Of a stretch of 64,000 nucleotides of DNA, positions 61,260-64,000 are shown piece after piece. The notes beneath the pieces are model-generated. The model was not told the DNA's origin. It made no database searches and saw nothing but the letters and a program-made list of their open reading frames with translations. Each line of letters opens with the position of its first letter. Position 1 is the first letter of the stretch. The stretch is from NCBI GenBank assembly GCA_017654855.1, contig CM030334.1, forward strand, positions 3,162,001 to 3,226,000. The letters are read 5' to 3'. Origin of the DNA: Podospora anserina. Lineage: Eukaryota. The position numbers and the translations under genes were made by a program.

Positions 61260-63579
61260 AATGTCGTCGGTTGGAATTTCAAGTCAATTGAGAATGGGCC
61301 GGTCGAGCTGAGCCAACTATTCACCTGACTATGGCTAGCAAGGTGGATGATGGCAAATGATGATCGAGTTGCCCGCTGCACTAGCCGGATGACGTTAAAC
61401 AAGTGGCGACTAGTGATGAAAACTCAAAAAACCTCAGATCTCTAAGACGTTTATCGGATATCTCTAGGGCGCGTGAAGGAAATCAGCTGTAGGCCTAGTC
61501 AGCACAAGACCGGAGAGTGGAGTTTGGGCGATGATTGTCATCGACTGTGTGCCTGTTTATTTGGGCATACATCAACTGCCTGCTGACACGAGACGAGCTG
61601 GAGCTTTGAGAACACAGTCCAGCCACGAGCAACACGGAATGAGCCCATTGGCAGCTCGCTCTTGGTCGGGCATACACAATGAACTGATGTATGCCTCTCG
61701 CCAGACTTCAAGAAAATAGGGGGTCACTTACACAACACAGTCTGATGGGAAACTCTATGTGGGGGTATTTGTCGCAGTCTCTAGAAAGTTGAAACCAAAG
61801 AAAAAAGCACAATGATGGAAAAAGTGAAGGACGAAATGTCAACTAGAGTAGAGCGTACGGTTGTGTATCGTGGCCGACGATATCAAACTGGAACTGAGGG
61901 CGGCGTTTGGGACCCAGAAGACAGGAATGAAAGACGGTCTATCCCGGACTCTTGCCGAACGGATGGAGCGTAGTACCGGAGGCTCCAAACCCAATCCTCA
62001 TGAAACCGGCCCTAGTGAGTGAGTCCTATGGAGACGACGGACTGTTGCGGGGTTTATAGTTTTCCGATGAAAACTGTCGAACTTTTTATCGATGCGCTGA
62101 CTTCGCGGAGGGGTGCGGCAGCGCTAAACGCGACCTCCCATTGCAGGCGCGAAGCTCTCTGGAAGGGTTGAGGGTATCTGGCCGGGCAGTGGGCCGCGTA
62201 TTGCCGAGCAGTCTTGTCTTGTCTTCGCCGCCGTCGAGCAGCGGGAGAGTAGGTGAAGAAGAGAAGAGAAAAAAAAGGGGGGAGGAAGGGCGGAAAGGCG
62301 GGAAGGGGTGGCTCTCAGGGAAAGGGAAAAGGAGAGACAAGAGTGTGTGAGTGATGAAGATGTCTGGCTGGCTGGCTGGCTGTCTGGCTGTCGGGAGTGT
62401 CCTGTTCAAGGATGGATGCGCGAGGGTGCAGGCAAGGTAAGCGTGCTGCCGCAGCTGCTTTAGGAGGGTTGAAGTGTGGGAGCGGGGAAGGCACGTTACT
62501 CGTTAGTGGCTGGATCCTGGCCAGGCTAGCCGAAGGGTCAAGTCACGCTGAAGACCGCAGGAGAGACGAGAGAGAGACCTGAAGGCTCGAAAGGTTGTGT
62601 GTGGTTTGGTTAATGAAGATGATGCTGTGGCAAAACGCCGTAGGATTTAAGTTTAGAGTCCCTCGATGATGCCTGCCCCCAGGTTCCGGGAATGGAATTG
62701 AGAGATTGCTCAAGAGGTCTCGTGCCGGGCGTAGTCTTTTGTTAGTGGCTCCAGTCAAGAAACTCGAAGCCCCAGCACCGCCCGTGAGACAAAGAACTAT
62801 CCACTGCGCGATGGACTACTGTTGGGTGGGCATCCCAGCTCGCGGAAGAGAGGAATTATAGAAGATACCGTGGGTACGTAGGTATTGTGATGAACTCAAG
62901 TGGCAGGGAAGGGGACAAGACAGGGACGACAAGAGACGATGGGAGGGAGACAAGGGTTGGGTGCTAGAAGGGTCTAGGTCCCCGATTGGAGCAACCAAGC
63001 CAGTGCGGAGTGTTTCGACAGACACCAAGAGATGGAAGCCCGGCCGGTGACGGTGTTGATGTTGTGCTGTGGTTGTGGTTGTGGTCGTGGCCGTGTTCAA
63101 TGGCTAGAGATGCATGGAAGATGCAGCCAGATGGGGTGGAAACGGGGAGCTCTCTTTCTTTTTTGGTGGGGTGGTAGCATGGGTCAAACAATTTGATGTT
63201 GACGCTAGAATGTCTGTTAACGTGGTACCTGCTGCACCTTCAACCTCGATCCTACCCGCCCCTTTCCCCGCGGACAACCCGAATACCACCAATGCCACAA
63301 ACAACGACCCAAGGTAGAGATGTTCCGTCTACGCAGTAGGTATGGCGAGAGTGTCCCGTGGTGGTGAGGGCAACTCAGAAAGTGCAGTGGGGTTCTGGGC
63401 GATCAGGGTTCCCGATAGTGATGCGTTTGGTCTGGACGAAAGAGGTTAGCCCAGTGTCGAGCTCTGTCAAGGCCGACAAGGCGTTTCTTTCATGGGGTTT
63501 CTTTCTTTTTTTCCCCGCCATGCCCAGGGAACACAAATTGCGGGGGGGGTTGTGCCGCCTTATCAACTACTGGACTTCG

Positions 63580-64000
63580 TAGATTAGGGTCAACTAACTA
63601 TTACCCGTCTTTATTACCTGGCCATTCCTGAGTAGGTAAACTGAGATTTTCGATTTATTAAAAAAGAATCAAGCGTTAAATAATTTAATGTAACTTACTC
63701 TATAATCTGACTCAATATAGTTATTGAAGGTTATGTCTCATACAGAGCTATAAGCTTTGTTTAGACACGCACTTACAGTGCTCGCATTAGTGGAAGACTT
63801 AATATCTAGTATCTATAGTTTACTATTGAAGCTTATAGCTACAGCGCCTTCCAACGCTAAGCAATAGAGTTATAGAGAGTAAATTTCTGTAGTTAGAGTG
63901 ATTTGTCTGCTATATACCAACTTTGACTTTGTAGTAAGGTTCATACTCGACTTTTATTGTATACCTCCAAGGGCCTCACAGTGCTTCGTATACTACAATA
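63580..64000. pseudogene. AT-rich, RIP-like degenerate relic (repeat, transposon or pseudogene fragment) running off the window end
   Basis: Abrupt AT enrichment with many TpA/TAG/TAA. A + frame from ~63649 has six stops, all TAA/TAG, as expected from CAA/CAG mutated by RIP. Family not recognisable. Confidence 0.55.

Noticed and set aside
1-64000. tRNA, rRNA, CRISPR, intact transposon, secondary-metabolite cluster, het/NLR or Spok-type genes
   Set aside because: I saw no supporting motifs by eye; small ncRNAs could be missed without covariance searches.

Overview
Eukaryotic, gene-dense DNA from a filamentous ascomycete (Sordariales). Short GT-AG introns with CTRAC branch points and long C/G/A homopolymer runs resemble Podospora, but the genus is an inference. 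I resolved 23 protein-coding genes, nearly all housekeeping: a PAS-containing hybrid histidine kinase, SSL1, VPS20, CUE5, PHO81/nuc-2, RRN6, SPC25, MZT1, RPS10, SDE2, COX12 (COX6B), an MLRQ/NDUFA4-like gene, a PPIE-like RRM protein, SEC31, a PITH protein, CCDC25/JLP2, mitochondrial uL3 and uL16, COA1, two unknown membrane proteins, RFC1, RPL15 and a PSP1-domain protein. Bases 1-6250 contain no recognisable gene, and the last ~420 bp look like a RIP-mutated relic. I found no rRNA, tRNA, intact transposon or CRISPR. The most striking observations concern RNA processing and gene architecture: an obligatory 1-nt exon in CCDC25, a 3-nt microexon in COX12, a head-to-head COX12 + NDUFA4-like pair, a GC-AG intron in MZT1, a uORF-packed kinase leader with an in-frame UAG that could be A-to-I edited, a structured long intron in MRPL16, and recurring C-rich-to-G-rich skew domains. 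All exon coordinates were read by hand and need RNA-seq confirmation.
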